Origin: Bacteroidales bacterium
GTDB taxonomy: Bacteria > Bacteroidota > Bacteroidia > Bacteroidales > F082
Assembly: GCA_035325985.1 (NCBI GenBank)
Contig: DAOKYW010000016.1
Span: forward strand, 4,126 to 68,125
Direction: 5' to 3'
DNA: 64,000 nt
Below are positions 36,564 through 48,100 of the stretch, piece after piece. Made by a program: the position numbers and the translations under genes. Each line of letters begins with the position of its first letter. Within the stretch, counting starts at the first letter, position 1. The notes under the pieces are model-generated. The model saw only the letters and a program-made list of their open reading frames with translations, was not told the DNA's origin and ran no database searches.

Positions 36564-38102
36564 TTAAAGAGGGATATTGCCGTGTTTCTTCGAAGGGTTG
36601 TTCTTCACCTTATTTTGCGTCATCTCCAGCGCTTCGATGAGCTTGCGTCGGGTTTGTCGAGGATAGATAATCTCGTCGATATAGCCCAAAGCTGCGGCCT
36701 TGTATGGGCTGGCAAAACGCCGGCGGTAATCTTCGATGGCTGCCTTACGCTCTTCCTCCGAGTTCAGCTTGTTCTTGTAGATGATATTGACAGCCCCTTC
36801 AGGTCCCATAACGGCAATCTCGGCAGTGGGATAAGCCAGATTGACATCGGCCCCGATATGCTTGCTCGACATTACATCATAGGCACCACCATAGGCTTTG
36901 CGGGTAATCACCGTGATTTTGGGCACAGTAGCTTCAGCAAAGGCATAGAGTAGCTTGGCGCCATGCTTAATGATACCACCAAATTCCTGAACTGTTCCGG
37001 GAAGGAAACCGGGCACATCTTCAAAAGTAATCAGCGGGATATTGAAGGCATCGCAAAAGCGCACAAAACGGGCAGCCTTGACTGAGCTGTCGATATCCAG
37101 CACTCCAGCAAGCACCGAAGGCTGATTGGCTACAACACCTACAGACCGGCCACCCAGTCGGGCAAATCCGACGATGATGTTTTTGGCATAGTAGGGTTGA
37201 ATCTCGAAGAAATTGTTGTCGTCCACCACCCTGCCTATGATTTCGTGCATATCGTAAGGCTTATTGGGATCGTCGGGTACAATATTGTCGAGGCTTTCGT
37301 CTTCGCGCAGGGGATTGTCGGTACAGGCTTTCACCGGCGGGTCCTCCATATTGTTGGAGGGCAGATAGCTCAGCAGCTCGCGCAACATCATCATAGCCTG
37401 GGTATCATCGTCAGCCATCAGGTGAGCTACACCACTCTTGCTGTTGTGGGTCATGGCGCCCCCCAGTTCTTCCTTGGTAACCTCCTCGTGGGTCACCGCC
37501 TTAATCACATCAGGGCCGGTAACGAACATATAAGAGGTTTCTTTGACCATCATGATAAAGTCGGTGATGGCCGGGGAATAAACCGCTCCGCCTGCACACG
37601 GACCAAGGATGGCACTTATTTGAGGAATCACACCCGACGACATTACATTGCGGTAAAAAATGTCGGCATAGCCGGCCAGACTTTCCACGCCTTCCTGTAT
37701 GCGGGCACCACCGCTATCGTTGAGGCCTATGACCGGCGCCCCCATCTTCATGGCAAGGTCCATTATCTTCACAATCTTATCGGCATTGGCCCGGCTGAGC
37801 GAGCCTCCAAACACCGTAAAGTCCTGAGCGAACACATAGACCAGCCTGCCGTCGATCTTTCCGTAACCGGTTACAACGCCATCGCCCAGAAACTTTTGTT
37901 TGTCCATTTCGAAATCGGTGGCGCGGTGGGTCATAAACTTATCCACTTCCACAAAAGTGTTGGGGTCGAGCAGGTCGAGCAAACGTTCGCGGGCTGTCTT
38001 ACGCCCTGCTTCGTGCTGCTTCCTGATGCGGTCTTCGCCCCCGCCCAGCTCGGCAAGGCGGTTGTATTCCTCAAGTTGTCTGATTTTTTCTTCCTGTGCC
38101 AT
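36564..38102 (-). CDS. acyl-CoA carboxylase carboxyltransferase (beta) subunit, propionyl-CoA/methylmalonyl-CoA type
   Basis: 512 aa, carboxyl_trans family throughout ([17 protein letters not shown]). Confidence 0.92.
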   Translation of the reverse strand: MAQEEKIRQLEEYNRLAELGGGEDRIRKQHEAGRKTARERLLDLLDPNTFVEVDKFMTHRATDFEMDKQKFLGDGVVTGYGKIDGRLVYVFAQDFTVFGGSLSRANADKIVKIMDLAMKMGAPVIGLNDSGGARIQEGVESLAGYADIFYRNVMSSGVIPQISAILGPCAGGAVYSPAITDFIMMVKETSYMFVTGPDVIKAVTHEEVTKEELGGAMTHNSKSGVAHLMADDDTQAMMMLRELLSYLPSNNMEDPPVKACTDNPLREDESLDNIVPDDPNKPYDMHEIIGRVVDDNNFFEIQPYYAKNIIVGFARLGGRSVGVVANQPSVLAGVLDIDSSVKAARFVRFCDAFNIPLITFEDVPGFLPGTVQEFGGIIKHGAKLLYAFAEATVPKITVITRKAYGGAYDVMSSKHIGADVNLAYPTAEIAVMGPEGAVNIIYKNKLNSEEERKAAIEDYRRRFASPYKAAALGYIDEIIYPRQTRRKLIEALEMTQNKVKNNPSKKHGNIPL

Positions 38103-38117
38103 ATTGTTGTTTATTAT

Positions 38118-38624
38118 TTATTCCAGTATAACCATGGGCTGATCACCGCTCACCGTATCGCCCTCTTTGACCAGAATACGTTTGATGACGCGATCCTGTT
38201 TCACTTTATATTCGCTATCCATCTTCATGGCCGAAACCACTACTACTGTCTGACCGGCCGACACCGCATCGCCTTCCTTGAAAAGCACTTTTACCACTTT
38301 TCCGGGCATGGGCGAAACAATGACACTTCCGTCGTCGGCATCATCGCGACGTCGGTTGAGCTTATATTTGGTCTCAGCATCAATGATATCGACCTCGAAG
38401 GACGAAAAGAAGGTATTCACGATGTACGACTTGCTTCCGCGGTTTTCGACAAGCTCAACATTGAATGAGCTGTTTTCGTGCAGCACGCTGTACACGCCTT
38501 GCTCCACCTCAATAATGTCAAGCTCGTAAATCTTGTTGTCGATGGCTATCTGATAGTAATTGCCATCGCGGCTCAGGACTTCGATGTTCCTGACTTTATC
38601 CTCAATTTTAATCTCGTATGCCAT
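38118..38624 (-). CDS. biotin carboxyl carrier protein (biotin/lipoyl attachment domain)
   Basis: C-terminal biotinyl domain with SAMKMD. Start trimmed from 38825 to ATG 38624 (MAYEIKIED), 13 nt after the upstream stop. Confidence 0.85.
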   Translation of the reverse strand: MAYEIKIEDKVRNIEVLSRDGNYYQIAIDNKIYELDIIEVEQGVYSVLHENSSFNVELVENRGSKSYIVNTFFSSFEVDIIDAETKYKLNRRRDDADDGSVIVSPMPGKVVKVLFKEGDAVSAGQTVVVVSAMKMDSEYKVKQDRVIKRILVKEGDTVSGDQPMVILE

Positions 38625-38637
38625 ATTTCGATAGTTA

Positions 38638-40146
38638 TTAAAATCTGAGCACTCCGCGTTTGCGTCCGAAGTCCTTCCAGTTGTTGGCCAGCTGTTTGTC
38701 GGTGGCCGATGGTTGAAGGCGCTCGAGCTTATTGATGTAATCGACAAATGCCGTGATGGCAGCAATATCCACTGCCCTGTCGGAACAGTAGCGTTTTGGT
38801 TGCAGGTATTCCTGATTCTCTTCAATAAAATGGGTGTTGTAGCGCCCTTCTACAAAGGCAGGCACATCGAGGATACGGCGTAGGTAGGGAATCGAGGTTT
38901 TCACCCCTGTGATTTTGTACACGAAAAGCGCGCGCTTGAGCCTGGCAATGGCTTCCTTTCGTGTTTCAGCCCACACTATGAGCTTCGAGATCATAGGATC
39001 GTAATACATAGGTATTTCGTATCCTTCGTAAGCATAACCATCATGACGTACGCCGAAACCGAGCGGATGGGTAATGTGTTTGATGAGGCCTGGCGAAGGC
39101 ATAAAATTGTTGTCAGGGTCTTCGGCATAGATGCGCACTTCTATTGCGTGTCCGTGCTGCTTTAGATCTTCCTGTTTGTAGCTTAGTGGTAAACCATTGG
39201 CAATGTTGATCTGCTGTTTGACCAAATCGATGCCTACCACGCGCTCCGTGATGGGATGTTCCACCTGAAGCCTCGTATTCATTTCAAGGAAGTAATAGTT
39301 CAGCTGGTCGTCGACGATAAACTCAATGGTGCCGGCACCGTAATAATTTACTGCCCTTGCAGCAGCTACAGCGGCTTCGCCCATCTTGGCGCGCACCTCA
39401 GGTGTCATGATAGGCGAAGGCGTTTCTTCGACTACCTTCTGATGTCTGCGCTGCACCGAGCACTCACGCTCAAACAAGTGAATAATATTGCCGTGTTTAT
39501 CTCCAAGCACCTGAAATTCGATGTGATGGGGCGAGGAAATGTATTTTTCAATATACACGGCATCATCGCCAAAAGCCGCTTTAGCTTCGGAACGTGCAGC
39601 ACTGACGGCGTTGACCACATCTTCCTCGCGCTTGACCAGTCGCATTCCTTTGCCACCTCCGCCAGCGCTGGCTTTGATCATCACCGGCAGACCAATTTCA
39701 CGAATCACGTTGATGGCCGTTTTTATGTCGCGCACAGGCTCGGTAGTGCCCGGTACTACCGGAACACCGGCAGCAATCATCGTCTTCCGCGCCGTTATTT
39801 TATCTCCCATCGTTTCGATGGCATAAGGCGAAGGCCCGATGAAGATGATACCCTCTTTTTCGCAAAGGGCCGAGAAAGCAGCATTTTCCGAAAGGAAACC
39901 GTAACCCGGATGGATGGCATCAGCACCAGACTTTTTTGCCGCTTCGATAATCCTGTCCATGCGCAGATAACTCTCTGACGAGGGCGCAGCGCCAATATGG
40001 TAAGCCTCATCGGCATACCTGACATGCATCGATTTTCGGTCAACATCGGAATAAACAGCAACGGTTTCAATACCCATCTCGCGGCATGAACGCATCACCC
40101 TTATGGCTATCTCACCGCGGTTGGCAACCAGTACCTTTTTTATCAT
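38638..40146 (-). CDS. accC: biotin carboxylase subunit (ATP-grasp)
   Basis: N-terminus MIKKVLVANRGEIAIRV, ATP-grasp GGGGKGMR, and a biotin carboxylase C-terminal domain. Start trimmed from 40176 to ATG 40146. Confidence 0.95.
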   Translation of the reverse strand: MIKKVLVANRGEIAIRVMRSCREMGIETVAVYSDVDRKSMHVRYADEAYHIGAAPSSESYLRMDRIIEAAKKSGADAIHPGYGFLSENAAFSALCEKEGIIFIGPSPYAIETMGDKITARKTMIAAGVPVVPGTTEPVRDIKTAINVIREIGLPVMIKASAGGGGKGMRLVKREEDVVNAVSAARSEAKAAFGDDAVYIEKYISSPHHIEFQVLGDKHGNIIHLFERECSVQRRHQKVVEETPSPIMTPEVRAKMGEAAVAAARAVNYYGAGTIEFIVDDQLNYYFLEMNTRLQVEHPITERVVGIDLVKQQINIANGLPLSYKQEDLKQHGHAIEVRIYAEDPDNNFMPSPGLIKHITHPLGFGVRHDGYAYEGYEIPMYYDPMISKLIVWAETRKEAIARLKRALFVYKITGVKTSIPYLRRILDVPAFVEGRYNTHFIEENQEYLQPKRYCSDRAVDIAAITAFVDYINKLERLQPSATDKQLANNWKDFGRKRGVLRF

Positions 40147-40339
40147 ATGTGTTGGTTTTGAGGCTTTTATAAGCAAAGGAACGCATTAAAAAGCCGGTAA
40201 ATATATGCAAAAACTTAGATGTACTTATTCAGACTAAATTAACTGAAGCCATTGCAGCCATGTTTTCTGATGCAGAGCAGCCAAAGGCCTGGTGCAAATT
40301 GTCCCGGCAAATACCCCAAAAGTACCTTACATTTGTTTG

Positions 40340-42220
40340 ATGCCAAATCCACCAAAGATGACCCAAAAAACCGCAATTATCTGTGGCCTTTTTGTGATAT
40401 TGCTTGCCACATCATTGGTACCCGCACATAACCAATCATTGCAAACCGTTATGCTGATCGATAGCCTGAGCAATCGGCTGCCGTACGAAACCGGTAAAAG
40501 AAAAGCTGCCCTTCTGCTCGAACTGGCAACGCTCTCGGGCGAAGCATCGGTTGATGAAAAAATTGCGTATCTCATCGAGCTTTCCGCAATGAATGGCGAC
40601 AGCATTGCCGATGAGCGCATCAAGGCATGGATTGCGTTGGCTGAGGCTTATACCTCGAAGGGCGATACTGCCCATGCCAATATGGCCATGCAAAATGCGG
40701 CCATCATGCTGGCCGACAACACATCCGCCCAAAATATCAGCCCATTATTCAGCCCCGAAAGTAAAAGGGTCAGAGCCGATTTCCTGAAAAACTTTTGGTC
40801 GGGTACAAAAACTCTGGTGGTGGCATTGGCAGCCCTCTCGGTTTTGGGGCTGCTGGTCGTGCTGAACATTAAGCGCAGGAAATTGCGCCAACGGGAAGCG
40901 CAGCTTTCTGCCGAAGTAAGACGGCTTAACCTGCTGCTCGAAAAACAGGAAAGCCTGGTGGATCAGAAAGTTAAAGAAAAAACAGGCGACCTTGAGGCAC
41001 AACTTCTCGAAATCAGGGCCAAAGACCTTGAACTTAAAAAAGCGCTCAAGAAAGCAGAGGAAGCCAACTACCTGAAAAACGCTTTTTTGACCAATATGAG
41101 CCACGAAATCCGTACGCCGCTCAATGGCATCATTGGTTTTTCGAGCCTGTTACAAACAGAGCTCGCGCTGATGGAAAATCAGGAATTGTATGAATTTGCC
41201 ACAGGAATCCAGCAAAGCGGCGACCGGTTGCTCAACCTGCTCACCAATATCATCGATATCAGCCGTATTGAGGCCAACGACCTCGAAGTTGCCATTCACC
41301 CATGCAACCCAAATCAGATCATCGAAAACGTTTGCATGCTTCACACCTTCAGTGCCAACGAAAAAGGACTGACTTTCAGGTGGAAACTCGGAGAAGTGCC
41401 CGAAGTGCTGGCCGATAATACTCGCCTGATGCAGGTTATTAATATTGTGGTGGACAATGCCATCAAATATACCAGCAATGGTTTTGTCAACGTCACTTCC
41501 GAATTCATTCCCGACACCGGCGAAGTGCTGATCAGGGTTAAAGACACCGGCAAAGGAATGACAGAAGAGTTTAAAAAACACCTCTTTGAAGCATTCAGTC
41601 AGGAAAGTCTTGGCTACGGACGCCAATTTGAAGGAGCCGGGCTCGGACTCCCTTTAGCACGTCGTCTGCTCGACCTGATGGACGGCCGTATCAAAATCGA
41701 ATCGCTTCCCAATGTGGGCACTACAGTTGATATTTTTGTCAAGTCAAAAGACCATGTCAGGAGTTCTCCGGGCGCAAGCGAGGCAGGCAATACCCAGCAT
41801 ACACAGACGGGTTTTGACATCTTTATCGTTGAAGACGACCGCATGAACCGGATGGTGCTTCAGAAAATGCTGGCCAAATCAGGTAATCTTACCCTTGCCG
41901 TTGACGGCGAAGAGGCGCTTCGCATTGTCAGGGAACGCTATAAACACCATCACACCTTCCAGGTCATGCTTTTCGACATCAATCTGCCTGCACCATGGGA
42001 CGGCCTGAAGCTGATGCAGCACATCCGCAGGGAAATGCCGCAATACAACCAACGACCCTTTATTGCGCAAACTGCATATGCCATGGCAGGCGACCGGGAA
42101 CGTTTTCTGGAAGCAGGCTTCGACGACTATATTGCCAAGCCGGTTAACAAGAACGAGCTGATTACCATCATCAAACGTCAGGTGCAACGGTACACTCAGT
42201 CCCGAGCGAACAATAGCTGA
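40340..42220 (+). CDS. hybrid sensor histidine kinase/response regulator
   Basis: N-terminal signal/TM segment, a helical-repeat periplasmic region, a TM segment, a coiled coil, H-box MSHEIRTPLNG, HATPase_c, and a C-terminal REC (FIVEDD, LFDINLP, AKPV). The start could be ATG 40340 or ATG 40358; the track's 40292 is a GTG. Confidence 0.85.
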   Translation: MPNPPKMTQKTAIICGLFVILLATSLVPAHNQSLQTVMLIDSLSNRLPYETGKRKAALLLELATLSGEASVDEKIAYLIELSAMNGDSIADERIKAWIALAEAYTSKGDTAHANMAMQNAAIMLADNTSAQNISPLFSPESKRVRADFLKNFWSGTKTLVVALAALSVLGLLVVLNIKRRKLRQREAQLSAEVRRLNLLLEKQESLVDQKVKEKTGDLEAQLLEIRAKDLELKKALKKAEEANYLKNAFLTNMSHEIRTPLNGIIGFSSLLQTELALMENQELYEFATGIQQSGDRLLNLLTNIIDISRIEANDLEVAIHPCNPNQIIENVCMLHTFSANEKGLTFRWKLGEVPEVLADNTRLMQVINIVVDNAIKYTSNGFVNVTSEFIPDTGEVLIRVKDTGKGMTEEFKKHLFEAFSQESLGYGRQFEGAGLGLPLARRLLDLMDGRIKIESLPNVGTTVDIFVKSKDHVRSSPGASEAGNTQHTQTGFDIFIVEDDRMNRMVLQKMLAKSGNLTLAVDGEEALRIVRERYKHHHTFQVMLFDINLPAPWDGLKLMQHIRREMPQYNQRPFIAQTAYAMAGDRERFLEAGFDDYIAKPVNKNELITIIKRQVQRYTQSRANNS

Positions 42221-42299
42221 TCGATCCAATTTACTTACTTTTGTACCTTCGGTATGCGATCGTGCCGGAACAACAATGTCCATCAAATCCTGTAACAAT

Positions 42300-43379
42300 A
42301 TGTCAGAAAAACTTTCCAATCTGGTTCGGCCAGGTGTTGCCAGTGGCGATGACCTTCAAACCATTTTCAGTGCAGCAAAAGCAGGCCGCTTTGCCCTGCC
42401 TGCCGTCAATGTTGTGGGCACCAACTCTATTAATGGTGTGCTGGAAGCAGCCGCAGCAGTAAAATCGCCTGTTATAATTCAATTTTCCAATGGCGGCGCG
42501 GCCTTTTACGCCGGTAAGGGCCTCTCCAACGATGGCGAAAAGGCTGCCATTGCAGGGGCTATTTCGGGCGCTCTGCACGTGCATCAGATAGCAGCCATGT
42601 ATGGTATTCCGGTAATCCTGCACACCGACCATGCAGCGTTGAAGTTGCTGCCCTGGGTGGACGGTTTGCTTGATGCCGGCGAAAAATTCTTCCGCGAACA
42701 CGGCAAACCCCTCTTCAGCAGCCATATGCTCGACCTTTCGGAAGAGCCATTGCACGAAAACCTCGACATCTGCAAACGTTATCTCGAACGCATGTCGAAA
42801 ATGGGCATGACCCTCGAAATCGAGCTGGGCATTACCGGTGGCGAAGAAGATGGTGTGGACAATACCGGTGTGGATAATTCAAGGCTCTACACCCAGCCAG
42901 AAGAAGTGGCAGAAGCTTATGAAGTGCTTAAAAGTGTAAGCGACCGCTTCACCATCGCGGCTGCTTTTGGCAATGTTCACGGTGTTTATAAGCCCGGCAA
43001 TGTGAAGCTGCAACCCAAAATCCTTCTCAATTCGCAGCAGTTTATCCAGAAAAAATTCGGCACCGGGCCAAATCCCGTCAGCTTCGTGTTTCATGGCGGA
43101 TCAGGCTCCGAACCCGAACTCATTCGTGAATCGCTCGACTATGGTGTAGTCAAAATGAACATCGACACCGACACCCAATGGGCTTTCTGGGATGGTATCC
43201 GCCGCTTCGAAATGAAATACCACGATTACCTTCAGGGCCAGATTGGTAATCCGGAAGGCGAAGATATGCCCAACAAGAAATATTATGACCCGCGCAAATG
43301 GCTTCGCGAAGGTGAAAAAGCCCTGATAGAGCGACTTAAGGTAGCTTTTGCCGACCTCAACTGCCTTAACCGATACTAA
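42300..43379 (+). CDS. fbaA: class II fructose-1,6-bisphosphate aldolase
   Basis: About 359 aa. FALPAVNV, HTDH, and FHGGSGS metal/substrate motifs. Start trimmed to ATG 42300 (MSEKLSNL). Confidence 0.95.
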   Translation: MSEKLSNLVRPGVASGDDLQTIFSAAKAGRFALPAVNVVGTNSINGVLEAAAAVKSPVIIQFSNGGAAFYAGKGLSNDGEKAAIAGAISGALHVHQIAAMYGIPVILHTDHAALKLLPWVDGLLDAGEKFFREHGKPLFSSHMLDLSEEPLHENLDICKRYLERMSKMGMTLEIELGITGGEEDGVDNTGVDNSRLYTQPEEVAEAYEVLKSVSDRFTIAAAFGNVHGVYKPGNVKLQPKILLNSQQFIQKKFGTGPNPVSFVFHGGSGSEPELIRESLDYGVVKMNIDTDTQWAFWDGIRRFEMKYHDYLQGQIGNPEGEDMPNKKYYDPRKWLREGEKALIERLKVAFADLNCLNRY

Positions 43380-43400
43380 CACGCAGGTTCGATAAACAAG

Positions 43401-43429
43401 AGGCCAGCCTTCGGGTCTGGCCTTTTTTT
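43401..43429 (+). terminator. intrinsic terminator of fbaA
   Basis: AGGCCAG...CTGGCCT stem around a TTCG loop, followed by TTTTTTT. Starts 21 nt after the stop. Confidence 0.8.
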
Positions 43430-43480
43430 ATTGCAGCCGTAATCAGCAATCACTCAAACAGAATCTGTCACCTGACACAT

Positions 43481-43522
43481 AAAAAAACCGGCTTGCAGCA
43501 AATTCGGAGCTGACAAGCCGGT
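43481..43522 (-). terminator. intrinsic terminator of tonB
   Basis: The minus strand reads ACCGGCTTG...CAAGCCGGT (9-bp stem plus inner pairs), followed by TTTTTTT. Starts 21 nt after the tonB stop. Confidence 0.75.
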
Positions 43523-43543
43523 TTGTACTATTCGAAGCAGTCT

Positions 43544-44218
43544 TTACTGCAGTGTAAACCTTACGGGCAGGTTGAACGAAACCCTCACCGGTTTTCCGCG
43601 CTGGCGACCCGGGGTCCACTTGGGCATTGACTGAATTACACGCACGGCTTCTTCGTCGCAACCACCGCCAATTCCACGAATCACCTTTACATTGCTCACC
43701 GATCCGTCAGGCTCGACAACAAAGTTGACAAATACACGTCCTTGGATGCCACTCTCGCGGGCAAGCGGAGGATACTTAATGTTGCGGGCAATAAACTCAA
43801 GCATGGCCTGCTGACCACCCGGAAACTCAGGCATCGACTCCACTATGGTGAAGATCTCCTGCTCAACAATTTCTTCTTCCTCCTTCACCGGGGGCACATA
43901 CACTTCAATTACCGTTTTCTGGTCAACATCCACATTGATCTTCACGTCCTGCACTTCGGTATTGTCGTCAACCACAGTAAGCACAGTCACCTGTTGTGGA
44001 GGTGGCGGTGGTGGCGGTTTGACATTTTGTTCAGTGATGGGAATGATTTCTTCGGGCACTTCTTCAGCAACCCTTTGTTGCAGATTGATCTGGCGCTTGT
44101 CGTAGCTTTTGTATTCAAAAGCGCCAAATACAATGAGGAGCGCAAGCACGAGGCCGATTTGCCTGAAAAGAATTTTCTTGTTCTCCAGGTCCGCTTTGGG
44201 TGATTTCTTGAGTTCCAT
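43544..44218 (-). CDS. tonB: TonB family energy transducer
   Basis: 224 aa. N-terminal TM anchor, proline-rich spacer (KPPPPPPPQQ), and a C-terminal TonB domain (FPGGQQAMLEFIARNIKYP). Confidence 0.85.
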   Translation of the reverse strand: MELKKSPKADLENKKILFRQIGLVLALLIVFGAFEYKSYDKRQINLQQRVAEEVPEEIIPITEQNVKPPPPPPPQQVTVLTVVDDNTEVQDVKINVDVDQKTVIEVYVPPVKEEEEIVEQEIFTIVESMPEFPGGQQAMLEFIARNIKYPPLARESGIQGRVFVNFVVEPDGSVSNVKVIRGIGGGCDEEAVRVIQSMPKWTPGRQRGKPVRVSFNLPVRFTLQ

Positions 44219-44291
44219 AATTCTGGTTATTAGGCCTGACCCTTTATTATCAGGGGGCTAAATTAGTAATTTATTGTGTTTTGCATCATGG

Positions 44292-44684
44292 TTAGCCGCT
44301 TTTTTTGCGATGAACAACCACATATAGTGTTATTCCAAAAATCATGCCTGCCATATTAGCCATCCAGTCATAAAAATCACCGCTACGATTCACAAATACA
44401 AATTCCTGAAGTATTTCGGCCAAAGCTGACAGGATTGCACCTGCAATCAAGGTATTGATTAAAAAACGCCGTGGATTGCTGATATATTGTGTTTTATTCT
44501 GTCGGATAATCAGGTAAGCCCAAACGCCAAACAGAAAGAGGTGAATCAGCTTGTCAGTTATCAGCCATTCCCAAAAACTTTTAATCTCAGGAAAACGATT
44601 GCCTGGAATTCCCATGAGTACTAAAATCAGTACTGTCCAGAAAATTCCAGGCAGGTTTCTCCGAAAAAAGGAAACGTCTTTCAA
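44292..44684 (-). CDS. VanZ-like membrane protein
   Basis: 130 aa with 4 TM segments. The DKLIHLFLFG motif is typical of the VanZ family. Confidence 0.65.
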   Translation of the reverse strand: MKDVSFFRRNLPGIFWTVLILVLMGIPGNRFPEIKSFWEWLITDKLIHLFLFGVWAYLIIRQNKTQYISNPRRFLINTLIAGAILSALAEILQEFVFVNRSGDFYDWMANMAGMIFGITLYVVVHRKKSG

Positions 44685-44697
44685 ATGTTAGTGGGTT

Positions 44698-45078
44698 TTA
44701 TCCCTTGATGAGTGCGCTGTAATCGGCGGCACTCAGTAAATCACCAAGATCTGCGTCCTCAGCAATAGTAACCCTGACTATCCAACCCTCTCCATAGGGA
44801 TCTTTGTTAATCAGCTCGGGGCTATTGGACAGCTTTTCATTGAATTGCTCAACAGTTGCGTTAACGGGCATAAAAAGATCCGAAACGGTTTTAACGGCTT
44901 CGATGGTGCCGAACGTTTCACCCATTTCGAGCGCTTCGCCAACGGTTTCAACTTCAACAAAAACAATGTCGCCAAGTTCTTTCTGGGCAAATTCGGTGAT
45001 GCCTACAGTGCCGGCGTTTCCTTCGATGCGGATCCATTCGTGATCCTTTGTGTACCTGAGGTCGGACGGAATATTCAT
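44698..45078 (-). CDS. gcvH: glycine cleavage system protein H
   Basis: 126 aa from ATG 45078 ([16 protein letters not shown]). Lipoyl-lysine context [10 protein letters not shown]. Confidence 0.93.
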   Translation of the reverse strand: MNIPSDLRYTKDHEWIRIEGNAGTVGITEFAQKELGDIVFVEVETVGEALEMGETFGTIEAVKTVSDLFMPVNATVEQFNEKLSNSPELINKDPYGEGWIVRVTIAEDADLGDLLSAADYSALIKG

Positions 45079-45168
45079 GTCGGAATAAAATGTTTTGGTT
45101 TTGTTATCAAAAGTAAGGCAATTTTCAGCCAAACCTCAAGGCTTAACGTAAATTAAAACTATTCCAGA

Positions 45169-48100
45169 TTATTGTGCCAGGTTAAAGCGCATGGTGACGC
45201 CGGCAAAAGTGTTTACGTTTCTGAATTGCGATGCTACAAATGGATCAGCCATGTCGCGCTTGAAGAAGGCTTGCATATTCAGGCGGTTGTTGACGGTATA
45301 GTCAGCCGTAAAGTAAATGTTGGTTTTAAACTGACCGGCCGACACCTGGTTGTCACCCAGATCGAGCCTGCGAAGTGTGGTCTTATCGGTTCGGAATCCA
45401 AGGTCAAGTTTAAGAACAAGGTCGTTGGCCGAGCGCGTACCTGCTCCTCCGCTGATGGCCGAAAATATTAGCGCCAGATTGCGGAACCGGTAACCGGTGC
45501 CAACAACCACTTCGTCGCCAACTACTTCGGTGAGCTGGTTGTTGATAAAGCTGAGGGTAATATTTCGTTGCTTCTTATATTCAACCCTTGCCGTCATGCT
45601 GTTGTGCAAGCCCAGATCAATGCCAATCAGGGGCGAAAACTGTTCGGTAATGGTAATTTGCCCAAGGTCGTATTGACTGATAAACAGGTTGCTGTTGGGG
45701 TAAGTTTTGGTCGTATTGCGCGGGTCGTACTCCACATTGGTACGCCATGCATTGACCGAATATGTTGACCTGTAGGCATGGCTGATGTTGACCGTTCGGA
45801 AAAGCTTCTGAACAGCAGCTATATTAGTCAGGCCATTATAATTGAGGGTCCAGTTCGGGTAAGGGATTCTGGGAAAAGTGGTAAGGCGGATGGTACTGGC
45901 ATCGGAGCCACGGTAAGCTGCCATAAAAGAGTGCAGCACTACTTCCTGCGATATGGCTCCGTAGCCGAAAGGATAGTTATCACGACCGACACTGTCATAA
46001 ACATAACGTTCGCCCTCGGCAACCCATTTCGGATTGTTATAGGCCAGTCTTTCTGCAATTATTTTGCGGTTTGACAGCAACTGATCGAAGAGGGCTGATC
46101 CCTCATCGCTTCGTGATTTGGTAAACGAAGTTTTCCACATCAGATACGACATGCTGAAGCTGCCCGATTCAGAGGGTGTAAAGGCCCTGAACACGCCATC
46201 GGCCCCGGCTCTGAAGTACTCGCTGAAATTGGAGGCCGTTGTCAGGTCGCTGTTGATGTCGAGTCGCATCCCCGGAACGGGTTCAAGGTTGAAACGGTAG
46301 CCGTAATTTTCGGTAAATCGTCGCATAAATGCTTGGTTGACAAGCGTATCAGCCGAAAGCCATCCTTTGTCTACGGCCATATTCCGAATATCTGTTCCAC
46401 TACCCAGAATGAATCCCCATCCCGGTGCATAGGCATTGGCAAAACTGACGCCAAGCAGGTCGGGTTCGGGCATAAAGCCCGGGATAAAGAGCCCGTTGTT
46501 GCGGGTGTAGTTGATACTGCCACGCTTAATGCTCATGGCCAGCTTTAGCATCTCGTCGCCCACTTTTTTGGCCACAGCGAGGGCTTGATTGCGTTGTGTG
46601 GTGTCTTTGGGCGTTTCTTCGATGGGCTTCGCTTCGGTGCCGGGGCGTGCAACATCAGCACCGGGGCGTGGCATTGCGCCACCTCCTAAACCATTCTGCC
46701 TGGCAGGCGTGCTAAGTTTCTGAAGGTAGCCTATCTTGCTGTATAGCCTGATGAAGTCGAAGTTTCCGTTGAGCTGCTGCGAATTCTGGTTTTCGATGGT
46801 GTTGCCCACGCGCTGCTTAACGCTTAATGGCGAGCTCTGCCAGGTGTACATAGCCTGATAACCGGCACTCACGGTAACCCAGTTGAAAAGCGGGATCTTG
46901 TTGATAGGTAAGTTGTAATTGAGCCTGATATTGTGGTTAAACCTGTTCTTTGTACCCAGACGCATGATTTCGTTCCAGATGGTGTCGCGGTGCTTTTCGT
47001 ATAGTTCAGTGCCGCGGTCGGGATTTCCGGCCGGTTCATAAACAAAGGCATTTACACCGGCCGTATAATCGAGGCTGATGCTTCGTGTAAGGTCGAAGCG
47101 GAAGTCGTAATTCCGGTTCCAATCCCATTGCCGCGCCAGAATGGGGTAAGTAATAATGTCGCCCTCGCTTTTGTTGCGGAATTTCTTTTCGTTGTTCATG
47201 CGGTTCATTTCCGTACGGAAGGCCAGATTACGCGGCAGATAGTAGAAATTGAAGTCTTTCACCATCTGCAGCACAGGGCTCTTTGCCCAACGGGCGGTAG
47301 CAAAGGGCTGTACATTTTTCGGATTGGTGGTATAATTGTAACCAATCCCTCCGCGATAAAGCAGGCGTCGGTCGTACTCAAGGTCGATATTGCGCTGATA
47401 AATCTCGCTATAGGAGTACGACACATTCCAGTTTTCGATATCGTAGATGCGGGATTTAACCAGATTGCCGCGCCGCTCCTTGCGCACGTTGATCAGGTTG
47501 AAGTTGCGCCGCATGGTAAAGTCGTTGATGATATTCTTTATAGAATCTTTTTCGGCTTGTGTTTCGAATGATTGTAAAAAGTCGCGTTGCTTGATATCAG
47601 GCTCAAGAGGGCTGTATTCGGGGCGCAGATGCGATTCGCCATAGTCGAAATGAAGAGGAATGCGCAGGCCGGTTTTTTCGGGGAAGAATTTACCAAGATC
47701 GATGTCGGTGGCCACATCAAAGTTGGTTGCCTTTTCTAAGGAGGTTTCGTTGACCTTCATTTCCAGACTCCCGAACCCTGCAGTGGCATGCGAACCGGTG
47801 AGTACCAAACGGCCAAGGTCAGCAAGCGTGGTTTCCACTCTTGCAGTTGCAGCCCAGCCGCCACTGTTGTCAAAGTCGGTCACCCGCAACTCGTTCACCC
47901 ACAGCACAGCGCTCTTCGGCAGGCCATCATCGGTGGTACTGGCTCCGGGTCGGCGTTTGGGGTTGCGCACCCCAATCATGACGCCTTTTACATCGCTGAT
48001 GTTCGGGTTGCCGATCACCCTTATGGTATGGTCGCCGCGGAATTCCATGTAAGGGTAATTGAGCCTTATATCGCTGTTGGGATTGCGCATGGCGATGTTG

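Noticed and set aside
37197-38468. 423-aa plus-strand ORF opposite the carboxyltransferase and BCCP genes
   Set aside because: A shadow ORF that spans an intergenic junction of the real minus-strand genes. No motif.
43985-44025. G-rich short tandem repeat (GGTGGCGGTGGTGGCGG)
   Set aside because: It is the reverse complement of the proline-rich spacer codons of TonB (PPPPPPP), so it is coding low complexity rather than a repeat element.
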